A stretch of DNA of 64,000 bases, taken from Patescibacteria group bacterium (GTDB lineage Bacteria; Patescibacteriota; Patescibacteriia; SG8-24; DYFX01). The translations under genes were made by a program, and so were the position numbers. Positions 48,524-59,458 of the stretch are shown here, piece after piece. The DNA lies in the NCBI GenBank assembly GCA_030583805.1, contig CP129476.1, positions 309,453-373,452 of the forward strand, in the 5' to 3' direction. The notes beneath the pieces are model-generated. The model made no database searches. It saw nothing but the letters and a program-made list of their open reading frames with translations, and had not been told where the DNA came from. Each line of letters opens with the position of its first letter. The first letter of the stretch is position 1.

Positions 48524-49579
48524 CTACACCCCTTCGTCACGCAATTCCTCAAGCAGCTGTTTGGATTTCCTGGAGAGGTGGCGTGGGGTGCGGATCCGCA
48601 CGCGCACGTAGTGGTCGCCGCGGCCGGAAGCTTGCAAACGCGTGATGCCGCGATGCTTAAGGCGGATTTCCTCGCCCGCTTGGACGCCCGCCGGGATTTT
48701 GACCGTCAGGGAGCCGTCGAGCGTTTCGATTTCCTTTTCGGTGCCGAGCGCGGCGTCGGCGAAACCGATTTCGAGATTGGAGTAAACGTCAAAGCCGTCG
48801 CGTTCGAAACGCGTGTCAGGCTGGATGCGGATGTGCAAGTACAAATTACCGCTCGGCGCGCCGTGCGGCCCAGCTTCGCCGCCGCCTTGCACGCGGATCG
48901 TTTCACCATGATCGATGCCGGCCGGGATCTTGACCGTCATCGACGTTTTCTCGCGCTTCACGCCCGCGCCGCCGCAATCCTTGCATTCCTTTTCCGGAAT
49001 ATTGCCGGCACCGCGGCAAGCGCCGCACGTCGCGACCGCCTCGAAGCTGCCGAGGATCGTGCGCTGCATCTGGCGCACGCGGCCTTGGCCGCTGCACGTC
49101 TTGCAGGTGATCATTTTCGATCCGGGCGGAATGCCGGTGCCGGAACAGGCGCTGCAAGCGACGGGCTTGTACAGCTCCAGCGTCTTTTCCGCGCCGAACG
49201 CTGCTTCGCTGAACGAAATGGTCACGTTGACCTCGATGTCGCCGCCGCGCGCTTGCCTCCGGCCGCCGCGTCCGCCGCCGAAGCCGAACATGTCGCCGAA
49301 CATCTCTCCCAAATCCCCCATGTCGAAATTGGCGCCTTGGAAGCCGCCTTGCCCGAACCCGCCGAACCCCGGTCCGGCCGAGCCGAACTGATCGTACTGC
49401 GCCCGTTTTTTGGCGTCGCCGAGCACTTGGTAGGCCTCGTTGATTTCCTTGAACTTGGCTTCGTCGCCGCCTTCTTTGTCGGGGTGGTATTTGTGCGCCA
49501 AAACGCGGAAGGCTTTTTTGATCTCGTCTTCCGAAGCGCCCTTGCTAATTCCGAGGATTTGGTAATAGTCTTTAGACAT
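48524..49579 (-). CDS. dnaJ: Molecular chaperone DnaJ
   Basis: J-domain with HPD (YHPDK), a G/F-rich region, and four CxxCxGxG zinc repeats. Confidence 0.95.
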   Translation of the reverse strand: MSKDYYQILGISKGASEDEIKKAFRVLAHKYHPDKEGGDEAKFKEINEAYQVLGDAKKRAQYDQFGSAGPGFGGFGQGGFQGANFDMGDLGEMFGDMFGFGGGRGGRRQARGGDIEVNVTISFSEAAFGAEKTLELYKPVACSACSGTGIPPGSKMITCKTCSGQGRVRQMQRTILGSFEAVATCGACRGAGNIPEKECKDCGGAGVKREKTSMTVKIPAGIDHGETIRVQGGGEAGPHGAPSGNLYLHIRIQPDTRFERDGFDVYSNLEIGFADAALGTEKEIETLDGSLTVKIPAGVQAGEEIRLKHRGITRLQASGRGDHYVRVRIRTPRHLSRKSKQLLEELRDEGV

Positions 49580-49597
49580 CGGTGGTCATTATACAGG

Positions 49598-50269
49598 AGG
49601 CCCGCCATGCACCTCTGCGAAACGTGTCGCGCGGAGCGCGAATGGGATACGGACGAAAGCGTGCGGTGGCAGATCGCTGCCAATCTCGCCCGCTCCGAGC
49701 GTGACCCGGCCAAGGCCCGCTGCGCGGAGTGTACACAGATCGGGTCTGGCGCGCCGACCTTCATCAGGAACCCGCTCTTCCAGATCTGTCGGAAGTGCGC
49801 GGAGCGCCTCGACCAATGCCAGCACTGCCGGAAGCCGATGTCTTCTTCGTCGGTTGCGGGATGCGGCGAGGTCTTCGAGACGCTCTTCGATGCCTACGTG
49901 ACGCTCGTGAAGACGTACGGCCGATCGACGGCGCGCACGCTGCTCGCCGCGGCGGACCTTTCGTCGGCGGAAGCCCTGCACGTTCCGACGCTCGTCGAGC
50001 TGGACGTCGGCCTGGTCGATTCCATGCAGCCGCACCAGCGGTACCACTACCGGCTGAAGCGCGATATCTGGACGAAGGTCTGGGGACAGCTCGGCTTCAG
50101 CGTGGTGCCGCCGCGCTGCGAGGCATGCCCGCCGCCGGCGCGCGCCGCGCCCGCGATGGTCCGAGCCGCGCATTGCGAGCATTGGACCGCGGGGAGCAGC
50201 GCCGTCTGGTGCCTGCCCTGCGCGGTCCTGAACCGCCAGTGCGCGATCTGCGAGACCTCTACCGAGTAG
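49598..50269 (+). CDS. Cysteine-rich zinc-ribbon protein (7 CxxC motifs), hypothetical
   Basis: AGGAGG SD 7 nt upstream of the ATG. CETC, CAEC, CRKC, CQHC, CEAC, CLPC and CAIC pairs. Lies between dnaK and dnaJ on the opposite strand. Confidence 0.6.
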   Translation, partial: RPAMHLCETCRAEREWDTDESVRWQIAANLARSERDPAKARCAECTQIGSGAPTFIRNPLFQICRKCAERLDQCQHCRKPMSSSSVAGCGEVFETLFDAYVTLVKTYGRSTARTLLAAADLSSAEALHVPTLVELDVGLVDSMQPHQRYHYRLKRDIWTKVWGQLGFSVVPPRCEACPPPARAAPAMVRAAHCEHWTAGSSAVWCLPCAVLNRQCAICETSTE

Positions 50270-50276
50270 AGGTCTT

Positions 50277-52160
<1,884 letters not shown>

Positions 52161-52161
52161 A

Positions 52162-52566
52162 TTATTTCCCCTTGACTTCAATCTTAATTTCTTTCTTCTT
52201 GCCTTCTTCGGCTTTCGGGATGGTGATGCGGAGGAGTCCGTGCTCGGACGTCGCTTCCGCTTTCTCGCCGATGACTGGCGCGGGCAGGGCGATCTTGCGC
52301 TGGAAGGCGCCGTAGCGGACTTCTTTATAGAGATAATCCTTCTCGTCGACTTCCTTACGGTGTTCCGTCTTGCCGCGGAGCGTCAGCACGCCGCCTTCGA
52401 CCGTGACTTCGACGTCTTTCGGATCAACGCCCGCAAGCGCCGTCTCGACGACCACGTCGCCCGCGTTCTCATACACGTCGACCGCCGGGATGAAGCCTTT
52501 GGAGAGATCCATCAAACCACGATCGAGATCCTCAAGAGGGTTCTGGTTTTTTGGAAGCAAGGACAT
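52162..52566 (-). CDS. Hsp20/alpha-crystallin family small heat-shock protein
   Basis: Alpha-crystallin domain [39 protein letters not shown]...GLLRITIPK. Confidence 0.85.
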   Translation of the reverse strand: MSLLPKNQNPLEDLDRGLMDLSKGFIPAVDVYENAGDVVVETALAGVDPKDVEVTVEGGVLTLRGKTEHRKEVDEKDYLYKEVRYGAFQRKIALPAPVIGEKAEATSEHGLLRITIPKAEEGKKKEIKIEVKGK

Positions 52567-52573
52567 ACACAAT

Positions 52574-52867
52574 TTACTTCGCCAACGCCTTGAAGCTTGC
52601 GCCGACGGTGTCAAACTTTACCAGCTTGTTCTGGGTTTGGACGCTCAGCTTGATGCTGTTGAGTCCCGCTTTGTGTTTCGGGAGGTCGGCCAGGCGGATT
52701 TTTTGGTCGCGCATTTCGGTGCCCTTATCGCCAACGACGCGGGTCGGGACGGTGACCAGCATGTCGCCGCTCAAGCGGAAGAACATCAAGAACTTCGGCC
52801 ACTCTTTAAAAGAGAAGCTGTGCTTTTCGTATTCTTCGTCCCATTCAAGATCGCTTTTGAGCAACAT
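52574..52867 (-). CDS. Hypothetical protein (97 aa) inside the heat-shock operon
   Basis: Clean ORF between grpE and the hsp20 gene. No motif I recognise. Confidence 0.45.
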   Translation of the reverse strand: MLLKSDLEWDEEYEKHSFSFKEWPKFLMFFRLSGDMLVTVPTRVVGDKGTEMRDQKIRLADLPKHKAGLNSIKLSVQTQNKLVKFDTVGASFKALAK

Positions 52868-52870
52868 AGT

Positions 52871-53356
52871 CTATTTGTTTACGATGACTTTTGCGGGCCG
52901 TACCGTCTTGCCGCCGATCTCGTAGCCGGCTTGGACTTCTTTCAAGATCGTGCCGTGCGGCTTGCCTTCGTCTTCTTCGCCGACCGCTTCGTGCTTCGTC
53001 GCGTCGAAGGTTTCGCCGGCGGTTTTGATGATCGTGAGGCCGAGGTTTCGGAGCGCCTCTTCAAGCTGCTTTTGGATGAAGCCGACGCCGACCGCCCAGT
53101 TCACGACCGTCTTGTCGTCGGACTTCGGCATGTGCGCCAACGCGGTGTTGAAGTTGTCGAAGATGGGCAGGAAGCGCTCGACGACGCGCAGTGTCGCGTA
53201 CTGCCCCATCTCGGCGCGTTCGCGGGCGACGTCTTTTTGGAGATTCTGGTAGTCGGCCAGCGCGCGTTTCCAGTTGAGCTCCATTTCCGCGCAGAGCTGC
53301 TCGGGCGTTTTTTCCGGCGTCTCCGCGAGTTCTTCGTTTTTCTTTTCTTCTTCCAT
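52871..53356 (-). CDS. grpE: Nucleotide exchange factor GrpE
   Basis: GrpE coiled-coil plus beta-domain, ...NYQNLQKDVARE...KHEAVGEE. ATG placed immediately after the hrcA stop. Confidence 0.9.
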   Translation of the reverse strand: MEEEKKNEELAETPEKTPEQLCAEMELNWKRALADYQNLQKDVARERAEMGQYATLRVVERFLPIFDNFNTALAHMPKSDDKTVVNWAVGVGFIQKQLEEALRNLGLTIIKTAGETFDATKHEAVGEEDEGKPHGTILKEVQAGYEIGGKTVRPAKVIVNK

Positions 53357-53357
53357 A

Positions 53358-54047
53358 TCAGGTTTTGAGCGTTTCAACGGCCGTTTCAAGAAGAGCGAGG
53401 TCGGTGTCGTAGTCCATGCGCATCGGACCGAGGAGGCCGAGGAGGCCGATCGGCGAACGCACGACGAGGAGGCCGCATTCGGCGCCGAACGGATTTTCCG
53501 AACCGATCAGGATGCGCGTTTCGGAACCGACTTCGGGGAACATTTTTTCCATCGTCTCGTCGAGATGGTCGAGCACGCGCGACATCGAGGCGACGAGCGA
53601 GAGCTGTTTGAACTCCGGCTTGGCGAACAGATTGGCGAGGCCGGTGTAATAGACGTCGCGCGGAGCGAAGGCAGCGAGCGCCGACTCGTTCGCGAGTTCG
53701 GCGAGCGCTTTGGCGACGCGGCGCAACTTGTCGCTTTCTTCTTGCGCGGCCTCAGCGGCTTCGGCGAGCGCGGTCGCAGCGGCGGCTCCCGGTTTTTTCT
53801 TTTCGAGGAAACGATCGACGTAGTAGCGATAGCCTTTTTCGCTGGGCGCGCGTCCGGCGGAGGTGTGCGGCTGGAGCAGGAAGCCTTGTTCTTCGAGCGT
53901 CGCGAGTTCGTTCCGGATCGTCGCCGAGGAGACGTCCAGGCCGGATTCATCGGCCAGCCACGCCGAACCGACCGGCTCGGCGCTCTGGATGAAGCGCCGG
54001 ACGGTCAGTTTCAGCAGGATTTCTTGGCGAGAATCAAGCTGTTCCAT
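53358..54047 (-). CDS. hrcA: Heat-inducible transcription repressor HrcA (short form)
   Basis: Winged-HTH N-terminus PVGSAWLADESGLDVSSATIRNELATLEEQGFL. First gene of the operon, with CIRCE immediately upstream. Confidence 0.85.
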   Translation of the reverse strand: MEQLDSRQEILLKLTVRRFIQSAEPVGSAWLADESGLDVSSATIRNELATLEEQGFLLQPHTSAGRAPSEKGYRYYVDRFLEKKKPGAAAATALAEAAEAAQEESDKLRRVAKALAELANESALAAFAPRDVYYTGLANLFAKPEFKQLSLVASMSRVLDHLDETMEKMFPEVGSETRILIGSENPFGAECGLLVVRSPIGLLGLLGPMRMDYDTDLALLETAVETLKT

Positions 54048-54052
54048 AGTTT

Positions 54053-54079
54053 CTAGCACTCAGATTATACGAGTGCTAA
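54053..54079. promoter_or_regulatory. CIRCE operator (HrcA binding site)
   Basis: cTAGCACTC-agattatac-GAGTGCTAA matches TTAGCACTC-N9-GAGTGCTAA. On the reverse strand the N9 spacer contains TATAAT, with TTGACG about 15 nt upstream. Confidence 0.9.
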
Positions 54080-54103
54080 CGAACCGTCAAGCGCGCCGCC
54101 AAG

Positions 54104-54565
54104 CTTGACAAATCGATCATTTTATGGTAGGTTTTCATGGCCATGATCGCCCATGGATCATGGAGAAGAGCTCGTCTCCGAGCCCTTGGACAACATCCGC
54201 CACTTTGGAGTTATTAGCGTCAAAATCTTCCGATTTCGCCCACGAAAGGCTTGCCTTTCCGGGGGCTGGATTCCTTAGGGAGTCCAGTGTGGTCGGTGTG
54301 AGTATGACGTGAGGAGCGAAACTTTTCCCACAAGGATATAAGGTGGGAAGACCAAGCCGACGCCTGTCGGTTTCCCATTCACCTTCGGGTGGATGCATGG
54401 GTCTGGCGAACTTTTTTCCCCAACGGTAACCGACTGGTCGGCAACAGGATCGCCGACCCCCGACCATACCCGGACTTCGGTCCAAACACGGTCAGCGCAT
54501 CCTACGCCGCCAGTCGGTTACCGATCTCTCTCATCCACGGACCCTCTTGGGTCCGTTTACGTTTG
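54104..54565 (+). ncRNA. Candidate structured ncRNA unit 1 (promoter-like TTGACA-17-TAGGTT to terminator-like hairpin), identity unknown
   Basis: No credible ORF. Long inverted repeat ggtaaccgactgg...ccagtcggttacc (54421-54433 and 54509-54521). Hairpin ggaccctcttgggtcc plus a U-rich tail at 54539-54565. Confidence 0.3.
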
Positions 54566-54593
54566 TCTTGACTTTTGGCAAAAAATCCGGGAT

Positions 54594-54990
54594 GCTTGAC
54601 ATGGCGGGTCCGATCTGCTAGAACGTAGCCATCGCGGAGTACGGAACAGGTGTGCGGCATCCGCTGAAGCGCACGGCCGAAAAGGGACGAGGTGGTCCCG
54701 CTATGACCCACTGAGGCTGTCCATACCCCGCTTCGTTTCAAAGAAAGGTTGCTCTGTTTAGAGCAAGCCTAGGCACCTGTTCGGTCGATGGCTCGTCAGG
54801 CAGAGAAGCTCGAGGCTTGAGAGGCCTCAACCCCCAGAGCAATCTCACCTGGCTATCATCGATGGCGTACGCGCGAGCCCTCCCAGCAATGGTTGAGAAC
54901 CGCGTGTCCAGGCCGATGCGGCTATGTCGCAGGGCATTCGACGCCAAGAACAGACCGGACTTCCCTTGTGAAGTCCGTTTTATTTTTTCG
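54594..54990 (+). ncRNA. Candidate ncRNA unit 2 (~370 nt) between a TTGACA-17-TAGAAC promoter-like element and a strong terminator, identity unknown
   Basis: No credible ORF. Multiple local hairpins (gtgcg...cgcac, gaggcttgagaggcctc). Terminator ggacttcccttgtgaagtcc plus gttttatttttt at 54955-54987. Confidence 0.35.
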
Positions 54991-55094
54991 CACGCCCCCC
55001 CCCTTGCGGCTTGCACAGAAATAAAGAGGGGGGCCAGCGGCGCTTCCGGTCTCGTCGACAGACGGGAACCTCGGTGCAGGATCGGCATTTCTCA

Positions 55095-55157
55095 GCGGAC
55101 TCTTCAAGGGTCCGCTTTTCATTTTATAAAAAGAAAAAGTCCTGAGCATCAGGACTT
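55095..55157. terminator. Bidirectional rho-independent terminators
   Basis: Plus strand: gcggactcttcaagggtccgc followed by ttttcatttt. Minus strand: agtcctgatgctcaggact followed by tttttcttttt. Confidence 0.65.
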
Positions 55158-55385
55158 GCGACCGGGACGGCGACGAGGTCTGAGCGGCGGGGGCTTCGGC
55201 TTGGTTGCCTTGGCCGGCGCGGCTTTGCGTGCCTTCTTCGTCGCCGGAGAAGGACGCGTCGGCGCGGGCGAACGACGGACAGACAGCGTTATTGGGGCGA
55301 CGAAGTCCTTTTGCAGGATGTCCGTCTCAAGATCAGCGCCATCCGTCTTCACGACCCGAAATGCCTCGGGGTGGTCGAGATCCAT
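55149..55385 (-). CDS. Hypothetical small protein with Lys/Ala/Pro-rich basic tail (histone H1/HupB-tail-like)
   Basis: MDLDHPEAFRVVKTDG...KKARKAAPAKATKPKPPPLRPRRRPGRKS. Its stop abuts the minus-strand terminator. The start is uncertain; the track ORF extends to 55553. Confidence 0.35.
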   Translation of the reverse strand: MDLDHPEAFRVVKTDGADLETDILQKDFVAPITLSVRRSPAPTRPSPATKKARKAAPAKATKPKPPPLRPRRRPGRKS

Positions 55386-56163
55386 GACGACGATCTTCGA
55401 TCCGTTCTCCTCAGCCGCCGCCTGCTCGACGGCGGCACTGATCGAGAGGGCAATGAGCGAGAAGTTCAGGCCGCGCGTTCTTGATCCGATCACTTCTTCC
55501 TCCAAAGCCCGCCCAGCAGGAAGCCGAGCCAGGACGCGTCGAGGCGCTTGCACGCCTTGTCCACGAGAGCCAGGAGATCGACCACGCGAATCAGCGCGTT
55601 CTTTCCTTCGGGACCGCCGGAACCCATAGTGTTTCCTCCTGGGGCAAGCGTTGCACGAAAAAGGCTGTGCGTCAACATAAAAGCTCGGCGCATGCGCCGA
55701 GCAGGATCAAGAACGCTTCGTCCGTCGTTGACGGCGCGGCCTACGAGTGACCCGTTTCCGCTCCGAAGCATGGCGCACGACAGGTTCGCCGTCGCGCATG
55801 GTCACGGTAGCCAGCAGTACGGGTCGGGCGGTCCACACGATGCTTCGCCGTCGTTGCCCAACGGCCGGACCAAGGACGATGGCTTGCTCTCCTCGCTCGA
55901 AGAGATACGACCCCCGCCCCAAAGACAGCACGCGTACGGGCAAGACGTTTCTTGGGTCAGCCGCGGCCGCATAGGATGCGGCCCGAACGGCCATTTGCAC
56001 CGGATCGAAAGCGCCACGGAACGGGTCGGGACGAAACGGAACGTCTTCCGGCAACGCAACATTGTCCTGGATGCGTTCGAAGCCGCCATTCAATGGCCGC
56101 ACACGCTTGCTTGACATGTCTACCTCCGAAAAAGGTATAGAAGAAAATGGCCTACGTGTCAAT

Positions 56164-58896
56164 CTAGAGCCAACGTTTCGGAATCATGCCGCGGCGGATC
56201 AAGAGCTTCCACCCCTCGACGCACCAAAGCACCGACGAGCTCACGAGGATCGCCATGCCCCACTCCCTCCAGCCGACGGCGGAAAGGCCGAAGACGCGCT
56301 GGAGCGCGGGCACGTAGATAATGAGCGCGGCGAGCGCGATCGAAACCGCGACGCCGGCCGGCACCCAGCGGTTGGAGCGGAAGCCGAGCGTGAAGACCGA
56401 TTCCGTGGCCGAACGAAGACTGAAGACATTCCAAAGCTGGAAGAAGGTCATGGCCAGGAAGGCGACGGTGCGGGCATAGGTTTCGCCGTCGCGTCCGTCG
56501 GCCCAGCGGAACATGAGGAGCGTGCCGGCGGCCATGAGCGCGGCGGCGAGCGCAGTCAGAATGAACACGCTGCGTGAAAGCATCCGTTCATTCTTGCGGC
56601 GCGGCGGATTGGCGAGCTCGTCGCCATGGCGTCGTTCGGCGGCGAGGGCGACGCCGGTGAAGCCGTCCGTCACGAGGTTCAGCCACAAAATTTGCGCGGG
56701 CAAAAGCGGGATCGGCAGCGCGAGCACGAGCGCCGCGAGAATCGTCACGACTTCGCCGACGTTCGTCATGACAAGATACGAAACCGTCTGCTTGACGTTG
56801 CGGTAGACGATACGGCCTTCTTCGACGGCTGCGACGATGGAAACGAAATTATCGTCGGCCAGCACCATTTCAGCGACTTCCTTCGTGACGTCGGTGCCGG
56901 TGATGCCCATCGCCACGCCGATGTCGGCGCGCTTGAGCGACGGCGCGTCATTGATGCCGTCGCCCGTCATTGCCACGGTGTGGCCGAGATCCTGGAGTGC
57001 TTTCACGACGCGGAGCTTCGTCTGCGGGGAAACGCGCGCGAAGACCGCGGCGCGCGCAAGAATGCCGCGCAGCGCTTCGTCGGAAACCGGCGCGACCTCG
57101 GCATCGATGAACACCTTGCCGGCGAGATCTTCGTCGCGATCCAAAATGCCGACTTCGCGCGCGATCGCGACGGCCGTATCGCGATGATCGCCGGTATTCA
57201 TGATGACGCGGATGCCGGCGCGGCGGCATTCGAGAATCGCTTCGCGCACGTCTTTGCGCGGCGGATCGATCATGCCGACGAGACCGAGCATCGTCAGGCC
57301 GTGGAGATCTTTTTCGTGCAGCTCGACATGGGATACGTCGACGCGTTTGTAGGCGATCGCCAGCACGCGCAGCGCCCCATCAGCCATCTTCCCGGTTTCC
57401 GCCTCCAAGCGGGCGCGCATCTCCGGCGTCATTGCATGCGCCGCGCCTTGCTCGGCGACGAAGTCCGTCATCGCCAAAATCGGCTCGAAGGCGCCCACGA
57501 TCATGATTTCGCGCGTCGGTTTGTCGCCGGGAGCCACGTATTCGTGCAAAATCGCCCGATACTTGCGTTCGGACGTGAACGGGATCTCGTCTACGGTTTT
57601 TTCGGTGCGCAAAAGGTCGTTTTTCTCATACCCGCCCTTGCCGGCCATCACGACGAGCGCGGCTTCCGTCGGATCGCCTGAAGCGATCCAGCGCTCGTCA
57701 CGCCGCTCGACCGCCGCGCGGTTGCAAAGCGCGGCCGCGCGCAGCAAGTGGAGGAACGAGGGGTGCTCGGCCGGCGAGGCCTTCTTTCCCTGGATCAGGA
57801 ATTCGCCTTCCGGCGCCCAGCCTTCTCCCGTCACTTCGATCTCATGCGTCAACGTGAAAGCCTTGCGCACCGTCATCTGGTTTTCGGTCAGCGTTCCGGT
57901 CTTGTCGGTGCAGATGACGTCGACCGTGCCGAGGGTTTCGACGGCGGGCAGGCGGCGCGTAATGGCGTTGCGACGTGCCATACGCTGCACGCCGATCGCG
58001 AGCACGACGGCGAGCACGGCCGGCAAGCCTTCAGGAATGCTGGAGACCGCCATCGCGACGGCGACGAGGAACATTTCAAGCGGTTCAAGCCCTTGGCGCA
58101 CGCCGATGAAGAAAATCAATCCCGCGCAGGCGATCGCCGCGACCGCCAAGCCGCCGCCGAGCCGGTCGACCCGACGTTCAAGCGGCGTTTTTTCGCGCTT
58201 GATCACGGAGAGCGATTGGGCGATTTGGCCGAATGCCGTGGCGCGGCCGGTGGCCGTGACGACGCCGACGCCCTCGCCGGAGACGGCCAGGGTTCCCATG
58301 AACGCCATCGAAGATCGATCGCCGATCGCGGCGCGCTCGGAAACCGCTTCAAGCTTTTTCGACGCCGGCAAAGATTCTCCCGTGAGCGCCGCTTCGTCGA
58401 TCGTGAGATCGCGCGCGTTGATCAAACGGAGATCGGCCGAGATGCGGTCGCCCTGGGCGATCAAGACGATGTCGCCCGGAACGAGCGACGACGATTCGAT
58501 CCGTACCGCGTGATCGCCGCGTTTGACGGTAACGCTCGGCACGACCATCGCCTTGAGCTTGGAGAGCGCGGCTTCGGCCTTGCGCTCTTGGGCATAGCCG
58601 ATGAGCGCGTTGGCGAGCACGATGATGCCGATCGCCGCCGCGTCGAGCGGATGTCCGGCCAGAAGCGAAATGACGGCGGCCACGAACAGCACCCACACGA
58701 GGGCGCTCTTGAACTGTTTCAGAAACAAAAGGAACTTCGACGCCGGCGGCTCGGCGGGAAGTTCGTTCGGTCCGTAGGTCTCAAGGCGCGCTGCGGCCTC
58801 GTCGTCGGACAGTCCGGCTGCCGACGACGTGAGCGCGAGCAGGACTTCATCCACGCTGAGCGCGTGCCATGCGCGATTATTGGTTGTCTTCAGCAT
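56164..58896 (-). CDS. Cation-transporting P-type ATPase (P2-type, Ca2+/Mg2+-ATPase-like)
   Basis: ICTDKTGTLT (phosphorylation site), TGDHRDTAVAIA, TGDGINDAPSLKRADIGVAMG, 10 TM segments. ATG at 58894-58896 (MLKTTNNRAWHALSVDEVL). Confidence 0.9.
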   Translation of the reverse strand: MLKTTNNRAWHALSVDEVLLALTSSAAGLSDDEAAARLETYGPNELPAEPPASKFLLFLKQFKSALVWVLFVAAVISLLAGHPLDAAAIGIIVLANALIGYAQERKAEAALSKLKAMVVPSVTVKRGDHAVRIESSSLVPGDIVLIAQGDRISADLRLINARDLTIDEAALTGESLPASKKLEAVSERAAIGDRSSMAFMGTLAVSGEGVGVVTATGRATAFGQIAQSLSVIKREKTPLERRVDRLGGGLAVAAIACAGLIFFIGVRQGLEPLEMFLVAVAMAVSSIPEGLPAVLAVVLAIGVQRMARRNAITRRLPAVETLGTVDVICTDKTGTLTENQMTVRKAFTLTHEIEVTGEGWAPEGEFLIQGKKASPAEHPSFLHLLRAAALCNRAAVERRDERWIASGDPTEAALVVMAGKGGYEKNDLLRTEKTVDEIPFTSERKYRAILHEYVAPGDKPTREIMIVGAFEPILAMTDFVAEQGAAHAMTPEMRARLEAETGKMADGALRVLAIAYKRVDVSHVELHEKDLHGLTMLGLVGMIDPPRKDVREAILECRRAGIRVIMNTGDHRDTAVAIAREVGILDRDEDLAGKVFIDAEVAPVSDEALRGILARAAVFARVSPQTKLRVVKALQDLGHTVAMTGDGINDAPSLKRADIGVAMGITGTDVTKEVAEMVLADDNFVSIVAAVEEGRIVYRNVKQTVSYLVMTNVGEVVTILAALVLALPIPLLPAQILWLNLVTDGFTGVALAAERRHGDELANPPRRKNERMLSRSVFILTALAAALMAAGTLLMFRWADGRDGETYARTVAFLAMTFFQLWNVFSLRSATESVFTLGFRSNRWVPAGVAVSIALAALIIYVPALQRVFGLSAVGWREWGMAILVSSSVLWCVEGWKLLIRRGMIPKRWL

Positions 58897-59458
58897 GGGT
58901 CTCGCGGATTTCGGAGAGCAGCACGTTCTCGACGCGGATGCCGCGCGGGAAGAAGATGCGTTCCAGCTCCTGCTTGGTTTCAATCTCGATTTGGTCGCGC
59001 TTGCCCGAGAGCGCGTCCGCGAACGAGAAGCGCGCGCTGATCATGCGCATGCGGCTTCGGATCGTCGGCCGGACGATTTTCTGGACGAAGTCGTCGCCGA
59101 TCGTCTGCCAAATCGTGGGAACTTGTTCGATATCGAGGCGGAGCAGCACCGTACCTTCGACTGAAACGCGCTTGCCGTCGGCCGTCTGGGCTACGACCGG
59201 CACGTCGCCGAGCGCGCGGGCGTGCGACGGGTCAAAATCCCTCGAGATCGAGTATTCAAGCGTCTGCGTATTAAAAAGCTTGGCTTTCTGCCAGAACGGG
59301 ATCTTGAGATGCAGGCCGGGCATCATCACCTTTTTCAAAACGCCGCGCCCCAAATCATAGACGCAGGCTACATAGCCCGGCGGCACGTGAATGAAGAGTC
59401 CTTTCAGGACGTCTTCAACCACGAACGAATACATCATTTGGTCGAGTCGGTCGGCCAT
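58877..59458 (-). CDS. SPFH/Band 7 domain protein
   Basis: LFIHVPPGYVACVYDLGRGV...NTQTLEYSISRDFD resembles prohibitin/HflC-like domains. ATG at residue 120 of the track ORF. Confidence 0.6.
   Translation of the reverse strand: MADRLDQMMYSFVVEDVLKGLFIHVPPGYVACVYDLGRGVLKKVMMPGLHLKIPFWQKAKLFNTQTLEYSISRDFDPSHARALGDVPVVAQTADGKRVSVEGTVLLRLDIEQVPTIWQTIGDDFVQKIVRPTIRSRMRMISARFSFADALSGKRDQIEIETKQELERIFFPRGIRVENVLLSEIRETHAEDNQ

Noticed and set aside
54124-54571. T-box or other riboswitch upstream of a gene
   Set aside because: aaggtgggaagacc only loosely resembles the T-box AGGGUGGNACCGCG, and no CDS follows the putative leader before the next terminator.
54594-54990. Assigning the candidate ncRNA as RNase P RNA or tmRNA
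   Set aside because: I found no AGGAAAGUCCGGGCUCC (P4) or GGUAAACUCCACCCGGAGCA-like conserved regions. There is no GGGG...UUCGAC 5' end or tRNA-like GGUUCGA-UCC-CCA 3' end, and no tag-peptide ORF ending ...AA*. The only P4-3'-like match (ACAGACCGGACUU) is part of the terminator hairpin. The identity is left open.
55490-55771. Calling a gas-vesicle GvpA/J-like gene
   Set aside because: Similarity to the highly conserved GvpA core requires indels and a frameshift join. No other gvp genes appear in the window.
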